Assembly: GCA_030390025.1 (NCBI GenBank) | Contig: CM059452.1 | Location: forward strand, 7,812,001 to 7,876,000 | Direction of reading: 5' to 3' | Length of the DNA: 64,000 bases | From: Squalus acanthias | Taxonomy: Eukaryota | In this document: in pieces, positions 26,400 to 39,000 of the stretch | Layout: each line of letters starts with the position of its first letter | How positions within the stretch are numbered: the first letter of the stretch is position 1 | Notes under the pieces: generated by a model | The model's database searches: none | The model's input: the letters and a program-made list of their open reading frames with translations, nothing else | What the model was told of the DNA's origin: nothing | Program-made: the position numbers and the translations under genes

Positions 26400-26672
26400 A
26401 ACATGCATTTATGCAGCGCCTGTCTCGACATCAGGATATCCCAAAGCGCTTCACAGCCAATGATGTACTTTTTGAAGAGTAATCAATGTTTTAATCTAGG
26501 GAAACGCGGCAGGCAATTTGTGCATAGCACGATCCCACTATGATCAATGTGATAAATGACCAAATCATCTGTTTTAGTGATGTTGGTTGAGGGATAAACA
26601 TTGGCCAATACACCGGGGAGAATTCCCCCGCTCTTCGAAATAATGCCATGGGATCTTTTACGTCCACCTGAG
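26400..26672 (-). mobile_element. SINE (DeuSINE/SacSINE1-like), partial
   Basis: same family as 41250-41665. Confidence 0.65.
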
Positions 26673-26977
26673 AGGAATTGGACACTGAGTAAATGTGGGC
26701 TGTTTGTGGGGAATGTAAATCCTCACACTGATTCAATTTTAAACTAAATATGTTTTGGTTCGACCGTATATAATCCCCAACAGTAAATCGGCAATCAAAG
26801 TCAAAGTATTTTTTGGGAATGGACACAGAACACGGATTATTAATGGTTAATTATATTTTACACAGCTGGACTCAGAGAGGAAACAGAGGAGGAGTCAGGC
26901 TGCTGCTGGGGGAGGCGTGTAAGTCCCAGTCCCCAGCTCCCCCTCTCTCTCACACACACACACAGGGCTCCAGCCAG

Positions 26978-26985
26978 TTTAAATA
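26978..26985 (+). promoter_or_regulatory. TATA-like element of the VH promoter
   Basis: TTTAAATA ~90 bp before the ATG; no octamer seen in the proximal promoter, as expected for shark IgH. Confidence 0.45.
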
Positions 26986-27076
26986 GTGGGGCGGTTCAGC
27001 TCCAAGTTCACAATCAGGAGGCGTTGTTGCGGCGCCGAGACACGTTCCCGAGTCAGTTACACCGAGAGACCGAACG

Positions 27077-27555
27077 ATGGGACTTGCCCCGTGCCTCTGT
27101 TTGTTACTGGCTTGCTTCGCCTGTGAGTATTCCTCACGGCTTTAGTGACACGATAGAAGACAGCTTCAGATATTGTGCTTTTATTTCTATTCATTGATGT
27201 GAATGTTCCACAATGTAATTGCATTTTTTTCATTCACTGACAGATGTCCGGTCCGATATCGTGCTGACTCAGTCGGCTTCTGTGTCGAAGAAGCCCGGAG
27301 AATCTCACAAACTGTCCTGTTCAGTGAGCGGGTTCAGTCTGGACAGCCACCACATGTACTGGATTAAACAAATTCCCGGGAAGGGGCTGGAGTGGCTGCT
27401 TGCTTACAGAAAGCCGTCGGATACCAATTATTATGCGCCTGGAGTCGAAGGCCGGATCATTCCTTCAAGAACAACTTCCACAACCTATATCGAGATCAAT
27501 AATCTGAGAACCGAAGACACCGCCATTTATTACTGTGCAAAAAACAGCAGGGGGG
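27077..27555 (+). CDS. IGHV: Ig heavy-chain leader plus germline-joined VH-D(D) exon
   Basis: Leader 27077-27122 MGLAPCLCLLLACFA; exon 27244-27555 DIVLTQ..LSCSVSGFSL..WIKQIPGKGLEWL..EDTAIYYCAK-NSRG; GT/AG sites and frame intact. Confidence 0.92.
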
Positions 27556-27583
27556 CACAGCAGTTACTGTCAATACAAAAACC
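27556..27583 (+). other. 12-bp-spacer RSS after the VH-D exon
   Basis: CACAGCA 27556-27562 + GTTACTGTCAAT (12 bp) + ACAAAAACC 27575-27583. Confidence 0.92.
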
Positions 27584-27906
27584 CTCAGCACTAATTGAGT
27601 GAGTCTGGGTCAGTGCTCGTTTTCACAATCCAACTGTAGATGCAGTGAAGTCCTATTTGTGTCCAGCACTGTCTACTAGCACAGCTTAATATGGATAAAC
27701 TGTGATAATTAATCATTGATCAGTTGATGATTTGATTAACTGTTCATGGGTTACTCTGTGAAATATAAAACATCAGGTTATTTATAAAGAGTGAAAAGTA
27801 TCCATTAACACATGTATCATTTTATGAAGATCCATCGTGACTTTATTTGTCTCTGGGATGTGAATATTTAAACTAATGTTGGATTTATGTTGTTTTACAC
27901 AGAGCC

Positions 27907-27945
27907 GGTTATTGTGTGACCCAACCCAGGGAATGTAACACTGTG
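27907..27945 (-). other. 23-bp-spacer RSS of JH
   Basis: GGTTATTGT 27907-27915, 23 bp, CACTGTG 27939-27945. Confidence 0.92.
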
Positions 27946-27993
27946 ACTACCTCGACTACTGGGGACAAGGCACCATGGTGACGGTGACTGCAG
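27946..27993 (+). CDS. IGHJ: JH segment
   Basis: YLDYWGQGTMVTVTA followed by the GTAAG donor. Confidence 0.96.
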
Positions 27994-28044
27994 GTAAGAA
28001 ACATTCACTCTTTCAGTAACGGTTATATTTGTGTCTTCAGTTTA

Positions 28045-29320
28045 TATTTCTGTTTATTTCAATATTTCATTCATTCACTGAAACTTGGGTTCGGTGGATT
28101 CTGTATTTAGATTTTTTGCAATGTTTCATTTGATTCTGCTGCAAAGGGATAATAGAATTTAACAGTTCCTTCAGAAAAATATATTGTTGAGGGATTGAGC
28201 CCCTGATTGATGTGATTTGGTGTTTATCTGCTGATGAGACTGTGCGCCTGGGTTACTTTAAATACCCAACGGTTGTTGAATTGTTTGGCGTTTCTGCAAT
28301 ATTTAATCTCGGTGACATCTGGAGGTTGCAGGTTTTCTGCTCAAATGTGAACATTATGTGACTAAAAGTGGTTGAAATAAGATTGTAGGCAGAAAATAGA
28401 AAGCTTTAGCAGTCAAAAATAATCTTAAAATATTTTAATGTATTTTTATTTGTGATAATGAGATTGTCATTTATTAATCTAATGTTCACCTACGGTCATA
28501 TTCAATAAGTGAAATGTTACTGTAATTAATAACTACATAATTAACAAATTTGCATCCAGAACAGATTTAAATTAATATAAATTAAATTATTATAATTTAA
28601 TATCACCCAATATTATTAAAATATGCTATAAAATCAATAGTAAACATGATCCGTCTGCTCACAATTCTGCTGTCATTATTTAGATTTCTGTTTATTTCAA
28701 TAATTAGTTATTTCAGTGATAGGTGCGTTCGGTGGATTCTGTATTGAGATTTTTTCGCAATGTTATATTTGATTCTGCGGAAAGGGTTTATGAATTAAGC
28801 TGCTGCTCCATGTCGAGGGATTCAGCCCCTCAGTGATGTGATTTTCTGCTTATCTGCTGAGTAGAGTTTGTGTCTGTGTTACTCTGAATAACTAGAATTT
28901 GTGAAACTCTTTGGCGTTTCTAGAATGTTTAATCTCGGTGACATCGAGCGGCAGCAGATTTCTGATCTATTGCAAATATTATATGTGTTTAAAACTGTTT
29001 GAAAGAAGATTGTAGGCAGAAAACAGGAAGGTTTTAGAAATCAAAAATCATTGAAACGTATTTTAACACATCTTATTTAAGTGATAATTATGCATTCAAC
29101 TACTAATCTATGGTTTACGGTGCTCATATTTAATGCGTGAAATGTTATTGTAATTACGAACTACATAATTAACAAGTGTTCAGGTTGTAGTTAAATTAAA
29201 TTACTATTAATCAACGATTGTAATGCGATAATATCCCCCAATGTTACTAAAATGTGCTGTAGTATTAATATTAATTTATTAAACATTATTCGCTTTCCAC
29301 AATTCTGCTCTACACTGGGC
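28045..29320 (+). repeat. old tandem duplication (~640-bp period) in the J-C intron
   Basis: TTTCTGTTTATTTCAATA..GTTCGGTGGATTCTGTATT at ~28047 and ~28685 with colinear similarity. Confidence 0.8.
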
Positions 29321-32094
29321 ACAATTAACGTGAGCGGAACATTTTAGAGGCTGGAGACAGTTTTTCATTATGCCTGCAATTATTTCAATAACAACATACT
29401 GATTCCACCGCTGTGTTCAGTTTGATTAGGGGCGCTCAATTACTGGCTGCCTCCTGTCTTACACAGATGAATGTAGGGTTGTATTTCAATACAACATAAA
29501 TCCGTGTTGTAAATTGCAGTTTTTCAATTTAACATATCTGCCGAGTTATTAAATTCATACTGTGCAGTCGAAACCTTGTTACTCTTTCAATATTATTGGT
29601 TGTTTGATGGCGAAACAATTATCACTAAACTAATCAGCAAGATCAAAGATTGAGAGACAGACGCAGGCAAAGAATTGATCATGTGATTCTATTTTAATTC
29701 AAGGAAGGTTCAGACTGCGTAAGGCTGGAGACAGACAAATAACCCATTGAAATTTAAGCAGGTTAATTTAATCACAAAACGTTCATATTATTTTGAATTT
29801 AAAAAAGCATCCTATCTCCCATAGCTCTGCTGTATACGGGATAGAACGATAGGCAGAGTTATGTTTAATTCTTATCAATAGTAAATTGATTCACACAATC
29901 TCTCCTCCATTTGCTCATTAAGTTTCAGTGTCGCAGATGGTCTTAATGAATTGTTCTCCACCAGTTTTACACTGATCATACTGGAGATTATTTTCAATAA
30001 ATAGCGAAATATATTTAATTATTAATTTACGGGCATTGTGTGAATTACGGGAGTAAAATATAAAAGGTTGTCCGTGTTATTAAATAGCGGAGGCTCTGTT
30101 ACTGACTGAAAACTACCCGGGTGGTTTTTAATTCATAAAAATATTTTTTTATAGTTAAGATTGAGAAAAATATTTCAACTCGGGAGCCCAGCTTCAGTAA
30201 ACAGGCGGTGTTACAGCTCATCGGTAGTTAATGAAATGTGAAATCCACTCTGAGAATAGACGGAGTTTATGTTATATCAGAGAGTTCAGAAACATGAAGA
30301 GTTTACAAAGGTGTAGGTAGAGAGCAGGACAGTATTAAAAGTTCGTGATCAGTATTAATTATTCAAATAGGATTTGATTTAAGTAAAAATAATATATTTG
30401 TCTGATTGCATTAAGTATAAATATGATGTTTATTTTTTTAATATTGATGAATTATCATGCCAATTTAATTAAAACCCTAATATATCATAAGTTACCAGGC
30501 AGTAACAGGTTTAAAATTACTATTAATTAATTGTATTAATAAGGCTGGAGATGACAAATAAGACACTGAAATTCGAGCAGATTAATTTAATTACAAAAGT
30601 TACAGGTGCACGTGGTTCTGAGGAGGAAGGGCCAGACAGGCTCGAAGAATATTTTCAATTATACGGTGTAACATCATTTAACATGAATATTAACTTACAA
30701 TATAACATAAGTGCTAATTCATTAAACATAAATGACCTCCCACAATTGCGTTGTATACTGGACAGGATTACAGTTACTGCAAAATCTCAAGGGTTGGAGA
30801 TAATTTTTATTTAAGTTTAAAATTAATTTAGAAACAATACATGTCTTACTCAGCTGTGCTCAGCTCGAGAAGGTGTCGCCGCAGATTTTAATGAATTAAC
30901 TTCGTGGTTTCCCTCGATGATTTTAAAGGTTATATTTAATTAAGAAATTATATCAAATCAGTGGGTAATCGGTTTTCAATGTAAATGTCTCCTGTTTTGT
31001 TAAATTCTTACTCTGTCACTTAGTCCTGTGTTACGGGCAGAAAATTGCTTTGAATGTGAATTATTTCAGTGAAATTAAATCTTACACGGTTTGTAAGATT
31101 GTCGATAGAGAGGGAGAAATGGTTGGATGTTGAAGAGTTTTTTTCATGAATACCAGTTTAATTTCAAAAAACGTGCAGACTTGAGGTGGTCGGAAATTGA
31201 CAAGAGATCAATTAGAAATTGACAGATTGAACAGATCTATCTGCTGAGAGCACGATTGTTGCACCGTTTGTGTCTGTTCTGTTTCTGTGCGCCTGCTCAC
31301 TGTGTGAGAATCAGGAGTCCTCCTGACTGGTTGTAAACCTGCTGATTTGTTCTCTTGTGTTTCAGCAAGTGTAATTTGACTCAATTATTTAAGAAACTTG
31401 TAATCTGTGAGAAACTTGAACGGTTGACTTTAAGGTTGAGGAAGCGCCTCGGAAATGAGATCAGGAACCCAGTTTGTGACATTCAGATGGAGCAGTTCAG
31501 AAACACGGCAGAGAGACTATAGAATGAGCTTTAATCAGTTTCTAACCCGTGCTGTACCTACCCTGGTTATGTTTGACGGGACAGTGTAGAGGGAACTTAT
31601 TTCGGAATCTAAACCTTGCTATACTTGACCCGGAGTTTCAGACTGGGCGGTGGAATAGGATATTTAATCTGAATTCAACCTGACCTTACAGCGCATGACA
31701 AAGTAAATCTGCCTTTGCAGTGCCCTATCGTATCTATCCTGTATCTGACCTGAGAGTGTTTTTGCAACAGTATTGAAGGAACCTGAATAGGCATCTAACT
31801 AATAAGGTGCGAGTGCTCGAGCCAGATATATAAAAATATATCCATTTCTCCGGTGAAACATCCGCGCATTTATTGAGTTTAACCTTCTTTCAAAAAAGTC
31901 TGCCCAATTTATAATGAATTGATAACGTTTAAACATTTTGAGTATCAGATAACGATTGAATGAGATTGTCCTGATCCTGAGCTCACTTTCAGAAAAAACA
32001 GTTTCAGGAAGTGACTGTAACGCTCCAGAAAGCAGCGCCTGTTCTGATCTGATGGGAGGCTGGAAGTTATTTTGAGAATTTAAATCGACAGTGT

Positions 32095-33100
32095 GATGCT
32101 TTACTCTGTATCTAACCCGTGTTGTACCTGCCCTGGGAGTGGTTGATGGGACAGTGGAGAGGGAGCTTTACTCTGTATCTAACCCGTGCTGTACCTGCCC
32201 TGGGAGTGGTTGATGGGACAGTGGAGAGGGAGCTTTACTCTGTATCTAACCTGTGCTGTACCTGCCCTGGGAGTGTTTGATGAGACAGTGTAGAGGGAGC
32301 TTTACTCTGTATCTCACCCGTGCTGTACCTGACCTGGGAGTGTTTGACAGGACAGTGTGGAGGGAGCTTTACTCTGTATCTCACCCGTGCTGTACCTACC
32401 TTGGGAGTGTTTGATGGGGCAGTGTGGAGGGAGCTTTACTCTGTATCTCACCCGTGCTGTACCTGTCCTGAATGCGTTTGATGGGCAATGCACTGGGAGA
32501 TCTAATATCTTATTTACAAGGACGTGGAGTTTGATGGACAACTTCAGTATAGATTTACCTTCTATCTAATCAGTGCTATAGGTGAGCTGGGAAGCTTTAA
32601 TGGGACAGTGTATGGGAAGCTTTACTTTGTATATAATTGTGCTTTACCTAACTTGGACAATTTGAAAGCCCATTTTATGGGGCATTTATTTTGTATCCAA
32701 ACTCTGCTCTACTAGAGCTGGGAATGTTTGATGGGACAATATGGATAAAGTTTTAATCTGCATCTAAACCGAGTATCATTAAACCTCACAGTCTTTGATA
32801 AGGCCGTGTAGATGGAGTTTTGCCCTGTATCTAAATTCTGCTGCATGTGATGCGTGAATATTTGACTGGGCTGTGCATAGCGAGTTGTATTCTCTATCTA
32901 ATCCGCCTTGAATCTTACCTGGCAGTCTAAAAAGATATCTATCTCTTGCTATACTTGACCCGGAGTGCCTGACTGGACAGTGTAGAGGGAGCATCACCCT
33001 GCACCCAACCCTTGCTACACCTGATCTGACAGCCAGGGTAGTGCAGAGCGAGCGTTACTCTATCTTATCCGTGCTGTATCTGACATTATGGTGCTTGGTC
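32095..33100. repeat. 67-bp satellite, decaying rightwards
   Basis: GGGAGCTTTACTCTGTATCTAACCCGTGCTGTACCTGCCCTGGGAGTG.TTGATGGGACAGTG units; inverted copies at 49960-50160. Confidence 0.85.
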
Positions 33101-33799
33101 AGGCAGTCTCCAAGGAAACTTAATCTGCATCTAACCAGTAATCTAGCCAGATATAAAAAAATAAATTGTTCTATTGCCCAGATGGAACAACGCACATTAA
33201 TTGGTGTTAACATTCTTTCTGAAACAAATGCCCAAATTTTAATGAATTTAAATATTTTGATTGTCCAATAATGATTGAATGAGATTGGCCTGATCCTGAG
33301 CTCAATTTCAGAACAAACAGTTTCAGGAAGTGACTGTAACGCTCCAGAAAGCAGCGCCTGTTCTGATCTGATGGGAGGCTGGAAGTTATTTTGACAATTT
33401 AAATGGAGAATGTCGACACTCCCGCTCCAAATAACCATCATGGGAATCTTATGTTTGAAAAACATTATTTGGTTCAATTATATTTTGAAAAGGGACAAAT
33501 ACGGCCGAGTTGCTGTTATTGGTCTGGGTCACAGCACAAGGCTCACAATCACTGGGCTGCATTTCTGTGAATCATTTAAAGAGAAACAGTCAGCCTGCGA
33601 TGGGACGTCATTCACTATGAGCTTTAAGTCTTTATAACAGTAACCGATTGACTAATTCGCGTCAAATTGCTCAGATCCCTTTATTTTAAATATCCTCTTT
33701 CATTATAAGAAACAATAAAAATAGGTCTGATAGAGGTGTTCAACATTATGAAGCGTTTCCTTCCATTAAATCGAGAAGAACTAATTCCGCTGAGTCGTG

Positions 33800-34815
33800 C
33801 AGAATCATAGCACCTTACCGAACAGCAAGAGACCATTCGGCCCGTCTTGCCTGTGCCGGCTCTGATGGAGCTGTCCAATTTCGTCCAACACCCCAGCATT
33901 TTCCTCGTAACCCTGCAAATGAGTTCTCTTCAATACATGTCCAGCTGCCTGGTGCATTCCAGAATTTAACAACCCTCTGTGTGAAAAACATTACCCCAAT
34001 TTCCCCTCTAGATTGCTTGCCAATTATTTTATATCTGTGACCTTTAGTTACCGACCTACTTGCCAGAGGAAAAGGTTTCTGCCTATTTGCTCTGTCAAAA
34101 CCTCCCATAAATTTGAATACCTCTATTATGTCTCCCCTTAAACTTCTCTGCTCTAAGGAGAACATCACAGCTTCTCTAATCTCTCCACATAACTGAAGTT
34201 CCTCATCCCTGGTATAATCCTGTTAAAACTCCTGTATACCCTCTCCAAGGCCTTGTCATCCTTCCTAAATTGTAGTGCCAGAATTGTGCACAATACTCCA
34301 GCTGAGGCCTAACCTGTGATTTGCAAAGGTTTAGCATAACTTCCTTGTTCTTTTATATTCAATGCCCCTATTTACAAAGCCAAGTATCCCATACGCTTTC
34401 TTAACAGCGTTATCAACTTGCCCTGCCACCTTCAACGATTTGTTAATATGCATTCCAGGTCTCTCTGTTCTTGCATCGCCTCAAAATTGTACCATTTAGA
34501 TTATACTGTCTCTCCACGTTGTTACTCCCAAAGTGCATAGCTTCACACTTATCCACATTAAATTGCATCTGCCATGTGCCTCTCTATTTCACCAGTCTGT
34601 GTATTTCCCCCTGAAGTCTGTTACTATCCTGCTCACTATTTGCTACTTGAACATGTTTTGAATCATCTGTGAACTTCGAAATTGTGCTCACTATCCCCAA
34701 GTCCAGGTCATTTTTATATAACAAGAACAACAATGGTCCTAATAGCGATCCATGGGGGACCCACTGCATCATTTTATCCAGTTAGTATAACATCCGATCA
34801 CCACTACTCTCTGCC
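33800..34815 (-). mobile_element. CR1 fragment
   Basis: ORFs 34584-34772 (VPHGSLLGP, KFTDD) and 33815-34168. Confidence 0.88.
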
Positions 34816-35733
34816 TCCTATAGATTTATAATGTTGAAGGATTGCCAATATTAGATATTTAGAAAAGAAACCTGTCCCGATGTTTAGATAATCTTCGGTA
34901 CAAATAGCAACAAGAAGTGACTGTAACGACCCGGAAAGCAGCGCCTGTTCTCACTGGTGGGAGGTCGAAAGGTACTTTGCTAAATGAAATGGAGTATTTA
35001 AAGAGAAACTTCAATAAACCAGATTTTGCAACCGTATTGAACGCGGATTATTAATTGAGTGGGAAGGAGGAGGAAACTCAGGAGACATCCATTCAATAGA
35101 ATGGGATAGAGCACAAATCACAGTGCGTTGAAGTACATCGGTCTTCCTCAAACACGCAGAGAAAGAAATAGATTCTCATCAATCCCGATTTATCTACAGC
35201 TTGAATCTTAGAAACTAGGCAGTGGAAATGTTCTCTGTTGAATTCTGTGTTCAAAAAGTTTTGAGTATTTTCGCTAATTTTATAAGCGCAGATTACGCTG
35301 TTACTTTTGAAGTGTATTCACTGTTGTTTTGTAGGGAAACGCAGCACTCAATTGGCACAGAGCAAATTTCCAAAAACTGCAATGAAATAAATGACCAGAA
35401 GTGACGTTGATTGAGAAATAAATGCTGGCCGAAATAGCAGGAAAACGTCTCTGCTCTTCTATTTTATGAGCCAATGAAAGATAATTTATTGTGGTGTCGT
35501 GAAAAGGTTCTTATTTGTGTAATGTGATAGAGCTCGGGGACAGAGATGTGTGTTCCTGACCAGGGGAACGACAGGTGCTTATGATGGAACTGACAGAAGC
35601 TCAAATGCCGATGTAGCTATTGATCGGAAAATGATGGAATGAGTTTATCCTGTAGTCAAATTTCGAGTTGATTGGTTATGTTATAAACAGGGATTACAGA
35701 GTCTAACTTGTTCAATTGGCCATTCTTTCCCAG

Positions 35734-36033
35734 CGACACAGTCTCCTCCCAGCCTCTACGCCCTGCTCTCCTCCTGTGAACAACCCAACACCGGCGGCCC
35801 CGTCACCTACGGCTGTTTGGCGATGGATTACTTCCCGGAAATCACCAGCCTTTCCTGGAGCAAAGATAAAGAGCCGATCACCACTGGATTGAAGACCTAC
35901 CCGTCAGTGCTCAACAAGAAGGGAACCTACACCCTGAGCAGCCAGTTAACCATCACCGAGTCAGAGGTGGGGAGCAGCACAATCTACTGCCAGGTTCGAG
36001 GAGGTGGGTCGGTCTGGGGAATCAAAATACGAG
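35734..36033 (+). CDS. IGHM: IgM Cmu1 exon
   Basis: [64 protein letters not shown]; phase-1 AG/GT; resembles shark Cmu1. Confidence 0.95.
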
Positions 36034-36079
36034 GTTAGTATTGGGGGATACAGGGGGGGGAAACTGAGAAAGTGAGGCG

Positions 36080-39000
36080 TTATGTTCAACTTTTACAGAA
36101 ATTTGGTTAGTCCACACTTGGAGTATTGTGAACAGTTTTGGACTCCATATCACGCGTAATGTACTGTGCAAAGTTCTGATCCCCATATCGCACTTAGTGT
36201 ACTGTGTACAGTTCTGGTCTCCATATTACAATTAGTGTACTGTGCACAGTTCTGGTCTCCATATCACACTTAGTGTACTGTGCACAGTTCTGGTCTCCAT
36301 ATCACACTTAGTGTACTGTGCACAGTTCTGGTCTGCATATTATACTTAGTGTACTGTGCACAGTTCTGGTCTCCATATTACGCTTAGTATACTGTGCACA
36401 GTTCCAGTCTCCATATCACACTTAGTGTACTGTGCACAGTTCTGGTCTCCATATTACACTTAGTGTACTTTGCACAGTTCTGTTCTCCATATTACACTTA
36501 GTGTACTGTGCACAGTTCTGGTCTCCATATTACACTTAGTGTACTGTGCACAGTTCCCGTCTCCATATTACACTTAGTTTACTGTGCACAGTTCTGGTCT
36601 CCATATTAAAATTAGTGTACTGTGCACAGTTCTGGCATCCATATTACACTCAGTGTACTATGCACAGTTCCAGTCTCCATATTACACTTAGTGTACTGTG
36701 CACAGTTCTGGTCTCCATATTACACTTAGTGTACTATGCACAGTTCCAGTCTCCATATTACACTTAGTGTACTGTGCACACTACTGGTCTCCACATCACA
36801 CTTAGTGTACTGTGCGCAGTTCTGGTCTCCATATTTCACTTAGTGTACTGTGCACAGTTCTGGCATCCATATTACACTCAGTGTACTATGCACAGTTCCA
36901 GTCTCCATATTACACTTAGTGTACTGTGCACGGTTCTGGTCTCCATATTACACTTAGTGTACTATGCACAGTTCCAGTCTCCATATTACACTTAGTGTAC
37001 TGTGCACACTACTGGTCTCCACATCACACTTAGTGTACTGTGCACAGTTCTGGTCTCCATATTACACTTAGTATACTGTGCACAGTTCCAGTCTCCATAT
37101 CACACTTAGTGTACTGTGCACAGTTCTGGTCTCCTTATTACACTTAGTGTACTGTGCTCAGTTCTGGTCTCTTTATTACACTTAGTGTACTGTGCACAGT
37201 TCCCGTCTCCATATTACACTTAGTTTACTGTGCACAGTTCCCGTCTCCATATTACACTTAGTGTACTGTGCACAGTTCTGTTCTCCATATTACACTTAGT
37301 GTACTTTGCACAGTTCTGTTCTCCATATTACACTTAGTGTACTGTGCACAGTTCTGGTCTCCATATTACACTTAGTGTACTGTGCACAGTTCCCGTCTCC
37401 ATATTACACTTAGTTTACTGTGCACAGTTCCCGTCTCCATATTACACTTAGTGTACTGTGAACAGTTCTGATCTCCATATTACACTTAGTGTACTGTGCA
37501 CAGTTCCGTTCTCCATATCACACTTAGTGTACTGTGCACAGTTATATTCTCCATATTACACTTAGTGTGCTGTTTGCAGTTCTAGTCTCCATATCACACT
37601 TAGTGTACTGTGCACAGTTCTGGTCTCCATATCACAATTAGTGTACTGTGCACAGTTCCAGTCTCCATATCACACTTAGTGTCCTGTGCTCAGTTCTGGT
37701 CTCCATATTACACTTAGTGTACTGTGCACAGTTCCAGTCTCCATATCACAATTAGTTTACTGTGCACAGTTCCGGTCTCCATATCACACTTAGTGTACTG
37801 TGCGCAGTTCTGGTCTCCATATCACACTTAGTGTCCTGCGCTCAGTTCTGGTCTCCATATTACACTTAGTGTACTGTGCACAGTTCCAGTCTCCATATCA
37901 CACTTAGTGTACTGTGCACAGTTCCTGTTCTCCATATTACACTTAGTGTACTGTGCACAGTTCCAGTCTCCATATCACACTTAGTGTACTGTGCACAGTT
38001 CCTGTTCTCCATATTACACATAGTGTACTGTGCACAGTTCTGTTCTCCATATTACACTTAGTGTGCTGTGCACAGTTCTATTCTCCATATTACACTTCGT
38101 GTACTGAGCACAGTTCGTTTCTCCATATTACACTTAGCGTACTGTGCGTAGTTATGTTCTCCATATTACACTTAGTGTGCTGTGCACAGTTCTGTTCTCC
38201 ATATTACATTTAGTGTACTGTGCACAGTTCTGTTCTCCATATTACACTTAGTGTACTGTGCACAGTTCTGTTCTCCATATTACACTTAGTGTACTGTGCA
38301 CAGTTCTGTTCTCCATATTACACTTAGTGTACTATGCATAGTTCTATTCTCCATATTACACTTAGTGTGCTGTGCACAGTTCTGTTCTCCATATTACATT
38401 TAGTGTACTGTGCACAGTTCCAGTCTCCATATCACACTTAGTATACTGTGCACAGTTCCGGTCTCCATATCACACTTAGTGTACTGTGCACAGTTCCAGT
38501 CAGCATATCACACTTAGTGTACTGTGCATAGAATCATAGAATCATAGAATCATAGAAACATAAAAGATGGGAGCAGGAGTAGGCCATTCGGCCCCTCTAG
38601 CCTGCTCCGCCATTCAATGCGATCATGGCTGATCATCCAAATTCAGTACCCTATCCCTGCTTTCTCCCCATATCCCTTGATCCCTTTAGCCTTAAGAAAT
38701 ATATCCAACTCCTTCTTGAATCTATTTAATGAATTGGCCTCTACTGCCTTCTGTGGCAGAGAATTCCACAGGTTCACCACTCTCTGGGTGAAGAAATTCC
38801 TCCTCATTTATGTCCTAAATGGCTTACCCCTTATCCTTAGACTGTGACCCCTGGTTCTGGACTCCCCGACCATCGGGAACATCCTTCCTGCATCTAGTTT
38901 GTCCTGTCCTGTCAGAATTTTATAAATTTCAATGAGATCCCCTCTCATTCTTCTAAACTCCAGCGAGTATAAGCCCAATCGACCCAATCTCTCTTCATAC

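Noticed and set aside
27544-27558. CTCF-like CAGCAGGGGGGCAC at the VH end
   Set aside because: One G too many to align with the consensus; better explained as D/junction coding sequence
27543-27583. Reading the VH RSS as a mutated 23-type (AACAGCA heptamer)
   Set aside because: Gives a 25-bp spacer and loses the essential CAC; the 12-bp reading is exact
27667-27686. D-like CACTGTC-TACTAG-CACAGCT between VH and JH
   Set aside because: No nonamer at 12 or 23 bp on either side; at best a relic, not a usable D
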